Assembly (NCBI GenBank): GCA_965219455.1
Contig: OZ244744.1
Coordinates: forward strand, 2,400,001-2,464,000
Reading direction: 5' to 3'
Source of the DNA: Candidatus Latescibacterota bacterium
GTDB taxonomy: Bacteria > Latescibacterota > UBA2968 > GCA-2709665
DNA length: 64,000 nucleotides
The translations under genes were made by a program, and so were the position numbers. Positions 41,652 through 51,592 of this stretch are shown here, piece by piece (position 1 is the stretch's first letter; every line of letters begins with the position of its first letter). The notes beneath the pieces were generated by a model. The model was not told the origin of the DNA. It ran no database searches and was given only the letters and a program-made list of their open reading frames with translations.

Positions 41652-44600
41652 ATGCCATGCGGTCAACAACAGGCGCCACTTTCCGACATAAAGGCGCGCA
41701 TCGAGGCGCTAACCCAACACCGTCGCTCCTTTCTTGTGGAGGCGGGCGCGGGGAGTGGAAAGACAGCGCTCATGGCCGGCCGGGCGGCGCTCCTCATCGC
41801 CTCCGGTGTCGAGCCGAAGCACATCGCCGCAATCACCTTTACCGAAGCGGCCGCCGCCGAGCTTCTGGAACGTATCGAAGGCATAGTGAGTACACTGCAA
41901 TCCGGCAAGATTCCTGCCGAACTCGCTCCGGCCCTGCCGTGCGGTCTAAGCGACGAGCAGCGCGCCAATCTCAAGGAAGGCGCTGGCGAAATCGACGAGC
42001 TGACCTGCACCACCATCCACGGCTTTTGCCAGAAACTGATCACGCCGTATCCGGTGGAGTCCGGCCAGGACCCCGGCGCATCCATCATTGACCCGGCCGT
42101 AGTGAAACTCGTCTTTGACGACCTGCTGGAAGGCTGGCTCTCCGCACGGTTCGGGCGGAACCCCGGCGAAGACGGCCTGGGGCGTATGCCTCGGATTGAG
42201 CATTCCGACGCGGAGGGGGAGGATCTTTTCGCATCCCTGATGCAGAAGGCGCCAGATCACACGCTAAACCTGATCAGGAGCACGGCGCATTTTTTGAGAA
42301 TACACCGGACGGCCCGCGCCGCGGTTTCCGAAGTCGATCGGGAGGCCTATGCAAAGTTTGTCGACGCCGCGCGCGTTTTCGCGGCCTGGTATGATGACAC
42401 GGGTATTGAAGAACCCGGCACCGCCGCCATTGCCGATAGTTTCCTTGAAACGGTGGAAAAAATGGGTGAGCCCTGGGCCGGTCGGATTCCAGCGGAACGC
42501 CTCGCCCGAATGCTCCATCACCGCCCGCCGGACGCCTGCAAGAAAAATGGCAGAGCGTTCAAAAAATGGCAAGCCAAGGGAAAGTGGGAGGAAGCCGCTA
42601 AAGCCTCAGGGGGTAGCAAGGCGCAGGGCGCTGGCTTATACGCTGATGGCGTGGGGCTGTATGAAGCGTGCGGCAATGCTTATACCGCATTTTGCAACAC
42701 CCTCGGCGGCATGGCGTTCCAGCGCTTCGTTGCCGAGTTCGACGCGAACCGGAAAATCTACCGGGAATACAAGCGCGATGCAGCCCTGCTCGATTTCGAC
42801 GACCTGCTGTACCAGGCCAGGGATCTCCTGCGGAAACACGAACCGATCCGCAGATCCCTGTCCAGGCGCTACACACGCATCCTCGTGGATGAATTCCAGG
42901 ACACCGATCCACTGCAGGCCGAAATCATCTGGAGGCTGGCCGGCGAGGGGAATCCGAAGATACCGTGGCAGGAACGCGTCATTCGTCCGGGGGCGCTCTT
43001 TCTGGTGGGCGACCCCAAGCAGGCGATCTACAGGTTCCGCGGCGCGGACGTGCAAACGTACCTTGTTGCCAGACAAGCACTTGCCAAGCGCGATCCCTCC
43101 GCAATCCTGAGCGTCACGGCCAACTTCAGGTCAAGGGCGCCCATACTGGATTACGTCAACGGCCACTTCAAGAGCCTGTTGGATGCATCCCGGGGGCAAC
43201 CGGGATTTACGCCACTTACGACAACACGCGACGCGGGCGATGAAACGACCGGCGCGAGCGTCGCGGCCTTCGATATCAAACTGGGCGACGCGCACAGAAA
43301 CAAGAAGGGTAAGCTCATTGTCGAAAGAATCCGCGAGGAAGAAGCCAGGGTTGTCGCGGATACCCTGGACAGGCTGATCGGATCCTATCCCGTCTACGAC
43401 AAGGACGAGGGAAAATCAAGGCCGGCGCGGGCCGCCGACGTCGCCCTGCTCGCCCCCACCGGTACCAGCCTCTGGATTTACGAGCGGGCGCTCGAGGAAA
43501 AAGACATACCCATCGCCACACAGGCGGGGAAGGGTTTCTTCCGGCGGCAGGAGGTCCAGGACCTGATCGCGGTTTCCAGAACCGTTGCTGACGCCCGCGA
43601 CACGCTGGCTTTCGGCGCATTGATCCGCGGTCCGCTGGTTGGCCTTTCCGATGAGCAGATCGCCAACGAGATCCTGGCGTTGCCTGTCTGCGCGGAACGT
43701 ACCGTCCGCCTCGACGTCAATACCGATCCATCGCTGGTCGTGAGCCCGGTTCTGCGACAGACGCTGGAAGTCCTGCAAGACCTGCGCCGAAAACGCCATA
43801 GCACTGCGCCATACCAGATACTCGCGGAGGCGGTTGAGGCGCTTCACGTTCGTCCGATTCTGATTGCGCGCCACCGGGGGGGCGCCGAACGCGCTATGGC
43901 CAACGTTGAATTGTTATTGGAAATGGCGCGGCCCTATGCGGCGCGGGGCATTGAAGACTTCGCGCGAGCGCTCCGGCAGAGGTGGGAAGACGGGGACGCC
44001 CAGGTGGAAGGCCGTCACGACGCCGCGACAGCTGCGGTTTCGATTGTCACCATGCATTCGGCCAAGGGCCTGGAATGGCCCATTGTGATCCCCATCAATT
44101 CTACGACCAGTCCTGCGCATCAGGACACGTTCCTTTATCGGCGGCGGGATGACAGCGTCCATTTCAAGATACTGGGCTACGCAGGCACTGAATATGAAGA
44201 GGCCATGCTGGAGGAGATCGAGGAACTCAACCGGGAGCGGTTGCGGCTTTGGTACGTGGCGCTGACCCGCGCGCGGGACCTGCTGCTGCTGCCCAGGCAG
44301 AGCGAGCGCGTGAACAGGGACTGGATGAGCCTGATCGACGTCGACGTTGAATCGCTTCCCGTCTTCGATACCGGGCGGTTCGGGGGAATGCCGACTTTGC
44401 CAGACGAACCCGCCCGCAACCGACAGGACGCGACAACCTGGCTTCGGGAGGAAGAGGCCATCGCCGCAGGCCGACGACGGATCACCTGGCGCCGGCCAAG
44501 CAGGCACGCCGACGCGGAGCAGATAGAAGACGAATTACCGCCGGCCGTGTTCGCCGGCGAGGAGGAGGCCAGGGAAGCCGCTGACGAGGAAACCGGCGGG

Positions 44601-45104
44601 AGCCCCGTCCATCCGGCTTTGAAACGAGGCCTGATCCTGCACAAGCTGATGGAGGAAGTGCTCACGGGAGAAACGCGGGATGATGCAGCTCACCTACAGG
44701 CGCGCGCGGCGGAACTCATTGAACAGCAGGAACTCGAGGACTCCCCGATTGCGGCGTCACGGATATCCAGCGCCGGAATGGCGGAGATGGTTATCCGTAC
44801 GGTTCGACGTCCTGAGATTGCGGCCCTGCGACCGCGACTGGTTCCCGAGTACTGGGTCTATGGCAGCGACGCCGATGGCCCGGAGATGTCCATTACAGCG
44901 GGCATCGCGGACGCTGTCGCCTTCGATGACGACGGCCGCATCGAAGTGGTCGTGGACTGGAAGAGCGACGTGAACCTCAGGGAGAGGCAAATCAGGATGT
45001 ACCGCGAACAGGTTCGATTGTACCTTAAGGCGACCGGGGCGAGAATCGGACTCATCGTGTTCCTCGGTTCGGGTCACATCGAAACCGTCTTGTCGGGAGA
45101 CTGA
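41652..45104 (+). CDS. AddA-like UvrD/SF1 helicase with C-terminal RecB-type nuclease
   Basis: VEAGAGSGKT, AITFT, TIHGFC, LDFDDL, VDEFQDTD, VGDPKQAIYRFRGAD, NFRS, TMHSAKGLEW, YVALTRAR; GIAD..VVDWKSD..QVRLY. Confidence 0.92.
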   Translation: MPCGQQQAPLSDIKARIEALTQHRRSFLVEAGAGSGKTALMAGRAALLIASGVEPKHIAAITFTEAAAAELLERIEGIVSTLQSGKIPAELAPALPCGLSDEQRANLKEGAGEIDELTCTTIHGFCQKLITPYPVESGQDPGASIIDPAVVKLVFDDLLEGWLSARFGRNPGEDGLGRMPRIEHSDAEGEDLFASLMQKAPDHTLNLIRSTAHFLRIHRTARAAVSEVDREAYAKFVDAARVFAAWYDDTGIEEPGTAAIADSFLETVEKMGEPWAGRIPAERLARMLHHRPPDACKKNGRAFKKWQAKGKWEEAAKASGGSKAQGAGLYADGVGLYEACGNAYTAFCNTLGGMAFQRFVAEFDANRKIYREYKRDAALLDFDDLLYQARDLLRKHEPIRRSLSRRYTRILVDEFQDTDPLQAEIIWRLAGEGNPKIPWQERVIRPGALFLVGDPKQAIYRFRGADVQTYLVARQALAKRDPSAILSVTANFRSRAPILDYVNGHFKSLLDASRGQPGFTPLTTTRDAGDETTGASVAAFDIKLGDAHRNKKGKLIVERIREEEARVVADTLDRLIGSYPVYDKDEGKSRPARAADVALLAPTGTSLWIYERALEEKDIPIATQAGKGFFRRQEVQDLIAVSRTVADARDTLAFGALIRGPLVGLSDEQIANEILALPVCAERTVRLDVNTDPSLVVSPVLRQTLEVLQDLRRKRHSTAPYQILAEAVEALHVRPILIARHRGGAERAMANVELLLEMARPYAARGIEDFARALRQRWEDGDAQVEGRHDAATAAVSIVTMHSAKGLEWPIVIPINSTTSPAHQDTFLYRRRDDSVHFKILGYAGTEYEEAMLEEIEELNRERLRLWYVALTRARDLLLLPRQSERVNRDWMSLIDVDVESLPVFDTGRFGGMPTLPDEPARNRQDATTWLREEEAIAAGRRRITWRRPSRHADAEQIEDELPPAVFAGEEEAREAADEETGGSPVHPALKRGLILHKLMEEVLTGETRDDAAHLQARAAELIEQQELEDSPIAASRISSAGMAEMVIRTVRRPEIAALRPRLVPEYWVYGSDADGPEMSITAGIADAVAFDDDGRIEVVVDWKSDVNLRERQIRMYREQVRLYLKATGARIGLIVFLGSGHIETVLSGD

Positions 45105-45217
45105 AAACACGAGCACGTCGTTTACGGAGGAGTTGAACAACACCCGATCACCGTGCCAAACGCGGGAATATCGATTCGGTCGCCTGCAGGATCGGAGCCG
45201 AATACGGAAGTATCTGA

Positions 45218-47359
45218 ATGTCTACTGCTCGAAACCTCATGGCGACCCTGCAACGCCACGTCACCCCGCCAGCCTCCCGACCATTTCCGGTCGACCTGGG
45301 CCTAGCGGCCGGATTTTTCTGCGCATGGCTGGCGCTTTGCGGCTTCGATCCCCTCGTCGCGGCAGCGACGGACGAGCTGCGCCTGGCAATCAGCACCGGC
45401 CCATACCACATGCGATGGCCGCCTTTAGGGCCAGCCGCCATCGGCTTTGCGGGGCTGGTCCTGGCGTGGATTCGCCATCGCACTCCCTCTGTTCTACCGC
45501 AACTCCAGGAGCGCCTCCAGCGCGCCACACTTCTTGCGGCCTCCCTGCTTGCCCTTCGCCTTCTCGCACTCTTCGATCCGCTCGTCTACATCTTTCCCTT
45601 CCTTACGATCCTCTGGTCGCCCCATGCGCTGTGGGCCCTGGCCCTCGTCTATCTCGGATATATACACCTGCCCTCCATCTTTGGAGCCAAAGCGCCCCGA
45701 ACCGCCTATATCGCCAGCGCATTGCTGGCCGTGTGCCTGCCGATGTATGTACTCTACGCGCTCTACTTCTGCCAGGTGACCATGCTGCACAGCGACGAGG
45801 GCCAGTACCTGCGCGTGACCCAGAGCTTGCTGCACGACGGAGACATGGACCTGGCCAACAATTTAAGTGCTGAACAGGTCCGCGAGTTCCACGTCATCGA
45901 TTTTCCTCTCGTCAAGACGCCGGCCGCGCCCGAGGGCAAAGTCCACTCGACGCACCCGATCGGGCTGTCCATTACCCTGGTACCTGCCTACTGGTTTGGC
46001 CTGGAAGCGTGGAAGAACCCTCGCCTGGCCACGGCGCTGTTTATCGCTTTTCTAGCAAGTCTGTGCGTTCCCTTGCTTTATGTATACCTGACCCGGCTGG
46101 GCGCCGACCGTTTGGGGGCGGTGGCAGCCACCGGTATAATGGCCGTTACCGGGCCCTATTTTTATTATACCAATCAGGTCTACCCTGAGTTCCCAGCCAT
46201 TGCCATTGTGTTGGTCGTGCTGCTGGCCCTGGTACACTGGCAGATCCCCGGCGGCAGGTACCGTTGCATGGGACGCGGAGAGCCACTGATACTCGGACTC
46301 CTGGCCCTGCTGCTCTGTTGCCTGCCGCTTCTCCACCCTCGGTACGTTCCGTTGGGATTCCTCTGCGGTGCAGTGCTGCTGCTGCAGGCATGGTACAGCC
46401 CGAGACGGAGGCTCGCTCTCTTCCTGATCGGCCTAGTCGTCGCCGGCGGGCTCTATGCCGTCATCGCCTACCACCATGCGTTCAGCGACGACTGGCTGGG
46501 ACCGCTTCGCCCCGGAATTGGTCCGCGGGGCGAGGAACCTTTCGACATCGGAACGACGGCCATTTCCATCCCCGGTCAATGGTTACACGCCCGAAGGGGC
46601 ATTCTCAACACCTCGCCCAGCTACTTCTTTGCTCTGTTCGGACTGCTCACCCTTGCCAAGTTGCACGATCGTCGCGTACTCATAGCAATCGTCCTTTACG
46701 TCGCCACCGCCGGCATCTGGAGTCTTCACACGGTTTGGGTCGGTGGCCATGACCTTCCCGGACGCTTTATGATGGCAGCGCTTCCGGTGCTGGCCATCGG
46801 GCTGGCCTGGGGCCTGGCGCCGCTTCTGCGACGGCCAACAACCAGTTTTCTGGTGGCAATTGCCCTGGCGATCGGCCTTGAAAGCGTTCTTCATACCCTG
46901 ATGCTGCCCGAAACGGGATATAAGGGCAATAACCTGCTTGGCCGTTCCATCGCCCGCTTCTATCCGTTTCAAATGCACTTTTTCGGAAGAGAACAGCAGG
47001 ACCTTCCGCTGCTGGATCTCACTTTCTGGGGGGTCTTGGCGGCCGCTCTGTTCTTCCGCCCTCGGCATGCCGGCCTGCGTGCAGCTTTCATCGCTGTGGC
47101 TGCCGTTGTTCCTTTCTTATGGGGTCAATCCGACACGTTGGCCGCACGGCTGCAGCACAGCAGATCACCCTATATGCCCGCCCTCTCACACAAGATCGAA
47201 CCAATGCGATTCGAATTCAAAATCCCGCTGGATCCGGTTAACAAGAACGCCGCGACTTCCGATGGAAGTGTCCACGCCCGACCCGGGCAGACACGCCCGG
47301 GGAACGTGGGTTATTCACGGATGTTCATTCCGTTGATGGGCGTCCCTCAACGCGGGTGA
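45218..47359 (+). CDS. Polytopic GT-C-like membrane protein, N-terminal part of a split gene
   Basis: SDEGQYL..TQSLLHDGDMDLANN loop, YPE, HPRY, GRF motifs, many TMs; ends inside a 23-bp tandem duplication. Confidence 0.7.
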   Translation: MSTARNLMATLQRHVTPPASRPFPVDLGLAAGFFCAWLALCGFDPLVAAATDELRLAISTGPYHMRWPPLGPAAIGFAGLVLAWIRHRTPSVLPQLQERLQRATLLAASLLALRLLALFDPLVYIFPFLTILWSPHALWALALVYLGYIHLPSIFGAKAPRTAYIASALLAVCLPMYVLYALYFCQVTMLHSDEGQYLRVTQSLLHDGDMDLANNLSAEQVREFHVIDFPLVKTPAAPEGKVHSTHPIGLSITLVPAYWFGLEAWKNPRLATALFIAFLASLCVPLLYVYLTRLGADRLGAVAATGIMAVTGPYFYYTNQVYPEFPAIAIVLVVLLALVHWQIPGGRYRCMGRGEPLILGLLALLLCCLPLLHPRYVPLGFLCGAVLLLQAWYSPRRRLALFLIGLVVAGGLYAVIAYHHAFSDDWLGPLRPGIGPRGEEPFDIGTTAISIPGQWLHARRGILNTSPSYFFALFGLLTLAKLHDRRVLIAIVLYVATAGIWSLHTVWVGGHDLPGRFMMAALPVLAIGLAWGLAPLLRRPTTSFLVAIALAIGLESVLHTLMLPETGYKGNNLLGRSIARFYPFQMHFFGREQQDLPLLDLTFWGVLAAALFFRPRHAGLRAAFIAVAAVVPFLWGQSDTLAARLQHSRSPYMPALSHKIEPMRFEFKIPLDPVNKNAATSDGSVHARPGQTRPGNVGYSRMFIPLMGVPQRG

Positions 47360-48045
47360 TGGGCGTCCCTCAACGCGGCAACTATCTGCTGAACTTTCAA
47401 GGGCTGCAGGTCGAAGCGCCAGAAGGGGAGATTTCCGGCTATCTGACACTTTCGCGCCGGTATACGGTTCCGGCCGTATCAAGATGGAGCACCAGGTCCA
47501 ACTATCCACTCATCGGCGGCAAGGTCGATGGAGACCAATCCCTCATATTCGACATCGACCGGCCACGCTTGTGCTACGTCCACACCTTCTACACGGGAAC
47601 CGACGAACTGGCGCTGGATGGGATCCGCGCCAGGTTGATACCGGTACGTACTTTGCCCGAGCCGCAACTCACTGAAATCGACCGCGTAGTGCATGAGACG
47701 AATGAGCGGCCCATCCGCGCCGTCCACCGTTTCCGCGATCTACCCGAAGGCCACTACCGCGTCCGCTTTAATCTCAGGGGATCGACGTTTAAATACTTTT
47801 TCGAGCGCCACCCCGCGCCTATCAAAACCGCCGTCTTTACACTCCCGCCACCGGCGCGTCCCCTGGTGCAGGGCGCGCACCCGCCCTGGTGGCTGTCCAT
47901 CCCCTTCGCCGGCGACGATGTCCGCCAGTTGCGCTTCATCCTGGACCGGACCCGGGACGTTCACGTGCTGCTGCAATACGACGGTGGCGGCGACCTGGAC
48001 CTGACCGAGATCGTCCTCTACCGGGAGACCTTCGGCCACCGCTGA
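47359..48045 (+). CDS. C-terminal soluble part of the preceding split gene
   Basis: Begins MGVPQRG, identical to the last residues of the upstream ORF; TGATG overlap. Confidence 0.6.
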   Translation: MGVPQRGNYLLNFQGLQVEAPEGEISGYLTLSRRYTVPAVSRWSTRSNYPLIGGKVDGDQSLIFDIDRPRLCYVHTFYTGTDELALDGIRARLIPVRTLPEPQLTEIDRVVHETNERPIRAVHRFRDLPEGHYRVRFNLRGSTFKYFFERHPAPIKTAVFTLPPPARPLVQGAHPPWWLSIPFAGDDVRQLRFILDRTRDVHVLLQYDGGGDLDLTEIVLYRETFGHR

Positions 48046-48275
48046 GGTGGACGCGGGACCGATCCCCCTGGCAGCGTGGTTGAACCGGTCGCGACAAATC
48101 GGTCTAAAGTGTCCGAGTTTTGTGCGTACCGGGAGCGTGTCCAACCGGGCTTTTGGAACACATAAATCGTTGACAGGAGCGGTCTCTCCGGCGTATCATT
48201 CAGAAAACAGCGGACGGCATGGGCGCGTGTCGGCCCTGAAGAATTCAATTGAGGCGTTCTTTCGGAGTGTATTGT

Positions 48276-49940
48276 ATGGGTCAAGCATTGAGTCGTCAGC
48301 TTCGTTTTAGCGACGGGGATGTAGCAGAGCGGGATATGCTCGTTGCCTTGAAGAATACTACGGATGTAAGCCTGGAATCCGAGGAACTGATGGGCAAGGT
48401 GAAGGATATAGCCTCGTACTATCACCTGGGAATAGGCAGGTCAGCCGTATTGAGGTCTCTGGATCTTCCCTTAGAGAGCAGGGTGCTGGAACTTGGGGCC
48501 GGGTGCGGGGCCATCACCAGATACCTGGGAGAAACTTTCGCAAGAGTAGACGCTATAGAGGCAAGTACTATTCGCGCAGAGATTGCGCGCGAGCGTTGCA
48601 GGGATCTTAAAAACGTCTTGATCAAATGTAAGGATTTGAAGCACAAGACGTTTGCTCCCAATTATGATATCGCCGTAATTATCGGCGTCCTGGAACACGC
48701 TCCAGTCTACATTTACCCGGGAGTAGCGCCACGAGATGCCTGTTTAAGGTTATTGAAACTGACCCGTAGTGCTTTGGACGTCAATGGAAAGCTGGTACTG
48801 GCTATCGAAAACAGGATTGGTCTGGACTACTGGGCGGGCGCACCGGAGAACCACACCGGAAGGCCCTACGATGGGCTCCACGGGTATCCAAATGCCGGAT
48901 CCCAAATCACGTTCACAAGGAGAGAATTGCGGAAGCTACTAGCAGATGCGGGGTTTTCACACACGGCCTTCTATTACTGTTTTCCCGATTACTCCTTTAC
49001 TAGGACCATATTTAGCTCAACAGGAGACGAACGTGAATATTTCCTCCATAACTGGGTGGATTTTCCACGTGATGCTCTCTCGAATCCACGAAAACCGACT
49101 TTCAATAAACCACTTGCTGCAAAGGTACTTTGTGAGTCGGGGATGCTTAGAGAGTTCGCCAACGCCTTTCTGGTTGTCGCAGGCACCCAATCGGTCCAAA
49201 CTCCGGATTGGATTTCCAAAAAATTCAACCTGAGACGCAAGGAGCCTTTTAGAAACGTCACAACACTATACGTAAACCCCAAACCAGTTGTTCGGAAAAC
49301 CCCTCTCCATTCGGTGGCGAAGGGCATCAACGAAGCATCAATAAACACCGTAAGACAGCAGATGGGCGATGCTGTCTGGCGACCAGGCGATTTGTTAACC
49401 TTCGAGATCGAACATGCGGAGCTTGGACGGAATACGTATGAATACGCAAAAGGGCTGATTGAACGTTACCACGGTGAACTCAAGAATCAATTTGGCACGG
49501 ATGGACAAGATGCTGAAGGTTATCCTCTACTGAGACCCGAGTCCTTGGATGGCATTTTTTCGAATATCATTCAGAACAACGAGGGAGAGTGGCACTTTAT
49601 TGATGAGGAAATACATACAGATTCGAAAATTCCTATCGATTTTATGCTATATAAATGCATTCGGTTCTGTCTACATCGCCACGGAATCCGCGATAGCCAC
49701 GGGAGAAAATTGATTAAATCCCTGTATCCATCGTACAACCGCAGTAGACATATGAATAATCGTGCGCTGGCAGATACATTCCAACACGAAATGTTCCTGA
49801 ATCTGGTTAATCCGAGGCTGCTAAAAAGGAGCCTGCTGGGACGCATCGCAAGGAACGATGTTGTCAGATCTCATTTGGAGAAGGTTTGGTTTAGGACACC
49901 GCATAGTATCCGATCCATAATACGGAAGCGTCTCTTGTAG
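48276..49940 (+). CDS. Class I SAM-dependent methyltransferase (glycan-locus type)
   Basis: VLELGAGCGAITRYLGE, IGVLEH, AIENRIGL.YWAGAPE.H, FPDY; TTGACA-N18-TATCAT at 48170-48199; visibly lower GC than the left half. Confidence 0.85.
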   Translation: MGQALSRQLRFSDGDVAERDMLVALKNTTDVSLESEELMGKVKDIASYYHLGIGRSAVLRSLDLPLESRVLELGAGCGAITRYLGETFARVDAIEASTIRAEIARERCRDLKNVLIKCKDLKHKTFAPNYDIAVIIGVLEHAPVYIYPGVAPRDACLRLLKLTRSALDVNGKLVLAIENRIGLDYWAGAPENHTGRPYDGLHGYPNAGSQITFTRRELRKLLADAGFSHTAFYYCFPDYSFTRTIFSSTGDEREYFLHNWVDFPRDALSNPRKPTFNKPLAAKVLCESGMLREFANAFLVVAGTQSVQTPDWISKKFNLRRKEPFRNVTTLYVNPKPVVRKTPLHSVAKGINEASINTVRQQMGDAVWRPGDLLTFEIEHAELGRNTYEYAKGLIERYHGELKNQFGTDGQDAEGYPLLRPESLDGIFSNIIQNNEGEWHFIDEEIHTDSKIPIDFMLYKCIRFCLHRHGIRDSHGRKLIKSLYPSYNRSRHMNNRALADTFQHEMFLNLVNPRLLKRSLLGRIARNDVVRSHLEKVWFRTPHSIRSIIRKRLL

Positions 49941-50036
49941 CTTCTCAGTACGGTCTGAAGTTCGGTATTGAATTAGAGTCTTACAGTGTGACTTCTCGGA
50001 ATGTGTCAAGTAAAATGAGACACGTATCCCCGAAAA

Positions 50037-51059
50037 TTAAGGAAGTTTTTCGTGAGATGCGTCGTGTGTCGTGGGCTTGTTAATCCAGACGGCGTCGGGC
50101 AAGGCCGGCGGTGTGGGCCGCCCCCGCACAAAGCGTTCCGGGTGAGTTGCGTAAGCGTTGAGTAAGGTTTGCTGACGAGCATCTTGAACAAGGGGTGCCT
50201 GGCCATAATGCACCTGTGCAGGCGTCATCAAGGCCAGCCCCGTGTGATGATGCTGGAAATTATACCAGGAAAAGAAGGGTCGTGTCCAGGTTCTGGCATC
50301 CTCCAATGCGCCAAAGCGATCCGGATAATCCGGTCGATACTTCATTGTTTTGTATTGCGCCTCTGAATAGGGATTGTCATTGGGCACGTGCGGTCTGGCG
50401 TGGGATTTGGTGACGCCCAGATCCGACAGCAACAGGGCGAGACTTTTGGCGATCATCGGACCGCCGCGGTCTGAATGAATGGTCAACTGCTGCGGATCCA
50501 CCTCCTGATTTCGGCAACTTTGCTGGATCAATTCTTTAGCCAGGGCAGCCGACTCTCGCCTGGTCACCATCCAGCCCACGACAAATCGGCTGAAGATGTC
50601 CAGCAGCACATATAGATAGAAGTAGGTCCATTTGACCGGTCCTCTCAACTTGGTGATATCCCAACTCCACAGTTGGTTGGGACCTTGCGCCAGCAGTTCC
50701 GGCTTCTTGTAGGTGGGGTGGGAAAGCTGGTTGCGTCGTTCACGCACCTGGTCGTTTGCCTCGAGGATACGATACATCGAGCGCCAGGAGCACAGATACG
50801 TGCCTTCATCAAGCAATTGTGCCCATACTTGGCGGGGTGCGGCATCCTGGAACCGTCCGCTGTTGAGTACATCCAGGACGTGTGCGCGTTCGTCCTGCTT
50901 CAGCGCGCGCGCCGGTAACTGCCTGTCGCTCAACCCCTGGCGCTGCGGCTTGTGCGCCCTGGCCCGGTGTCGGTAAACACTGGCTCTGGGCACACCCAAG
51001 ATCTGACACGCACGTTGGACGCCCACCTTTGTCGCCAACTGGTCCGCAGCCTGTCTCAT
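50037..51059 (-). CDS. IS3-family transposase OrfB (DDE integrase core)
   Basis: PNQLWSWDIT, LDIFSRFVVGW, IHSDRG, NDNPYSEA.YKT.K, YNFQHHH. Confidence 0.93.
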   Translation of the reverse strand: MRQAADQLATKVGVQRACQILGVPRASVYRHRARAHKPQRQGLSDRQLPARALKQDERAHVLDVLNSGRFQDAAPRQVWAQLLDEGTYLCSWRSMYRILEANDQVRERRNQLSHPTYKKPELLAQGPNQLWSWDITKLRGPVKWTYFYLYVLLDIFSRFVVGWMVTRRESAALAKELIQQSCRNQEVDPQQLTIHSDRGGPMIAKSLALLLSDLGVTKSHARPHVPNDNPYSEAQYKTMKYRPDYPDRFGALEDARTWTRPFFSWYNFQHHHTGLALMTPAQVHYGQAPLVQDARQQTLLNAYATHPERFVRGRPTPPALPDAVWINKPTTHDASHEKLP

Positions 51060-51514
51060 TTGCCCTCGGCCTTGTCGGTGTTGTCGTTGTTCAGCCCAAG
51101 CAGATCCGAAAGTTTTTTTTGCACCTCAATGATCGCTTCGGCCTGCCCCAACTTTCTGGACAGGCGCGCATTCTCACCTCGCAATCGCGCCAGCTCCTTC
51201 ACTGATGGATCTGCCGCGGGACGACCTCGCTTCTTGGGGTCCAGCTGTCCCTCGTCGCGCTGCGTACGCCACTTGGTCAGATAGGACGAATACAACCCCT
51301 CGCGACGCAAGACCGCTCCGATCTGACCGGGCCTTGTGCACGCATCCACCTGCTTGAGGATACGCAGCTTATACTGCTTCGTGAAACGCCGGCGCTTGCC
51401 CTTCACCAACACCTCTGCATCGGGAACCTGTTTGGACAGGTCGGCAACATGCGCCTTGACCTTCGATGCCTTCATCCCGTTCTGTCCAGACGGCGCTACA
51501 GATGCATCCATCAT
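51056..51514 (-). CDS. IS3-family OrfA (HTH)
   Basis: RRRFTKQYKLRIL..LRREGLYSS.LTKWR, coiled coil; ATGA overlap with orfB. Confidence 0.88.
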   Translation of the reverse strand: MMDASVAPSGQNGMKASKVKAHVADLSKQVPDAEVLVKGKRRRFTKQYKLRILKQVDACTRPGQIGAVLRREGLYSSYLTKWRTQRDEGQLDPKKRGRPAADPSVKELARLRGENARLSRKLGQAEAIIEVQKKLSDLLGLNNDNTDKAEGK

Positions 51515-51592
51515 CGTTCAGCGCTCCTTCGCCCTCTACATTGCTCTCTAATTCTTATGGGGAAATTGTCTCATTAATATAGGCACAGAGGG

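Larger units (their letters stand above)
50002..51587 (-). mobile_element. IS3-family insertion sequence
   Basis: Imperfect TIRs TGTG-N8-AATGAGACA..TCCCC at 50002-50031 and 51559-51587; orfA/orfB arrangement; no clear target duplication. Confidence 0.88.
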
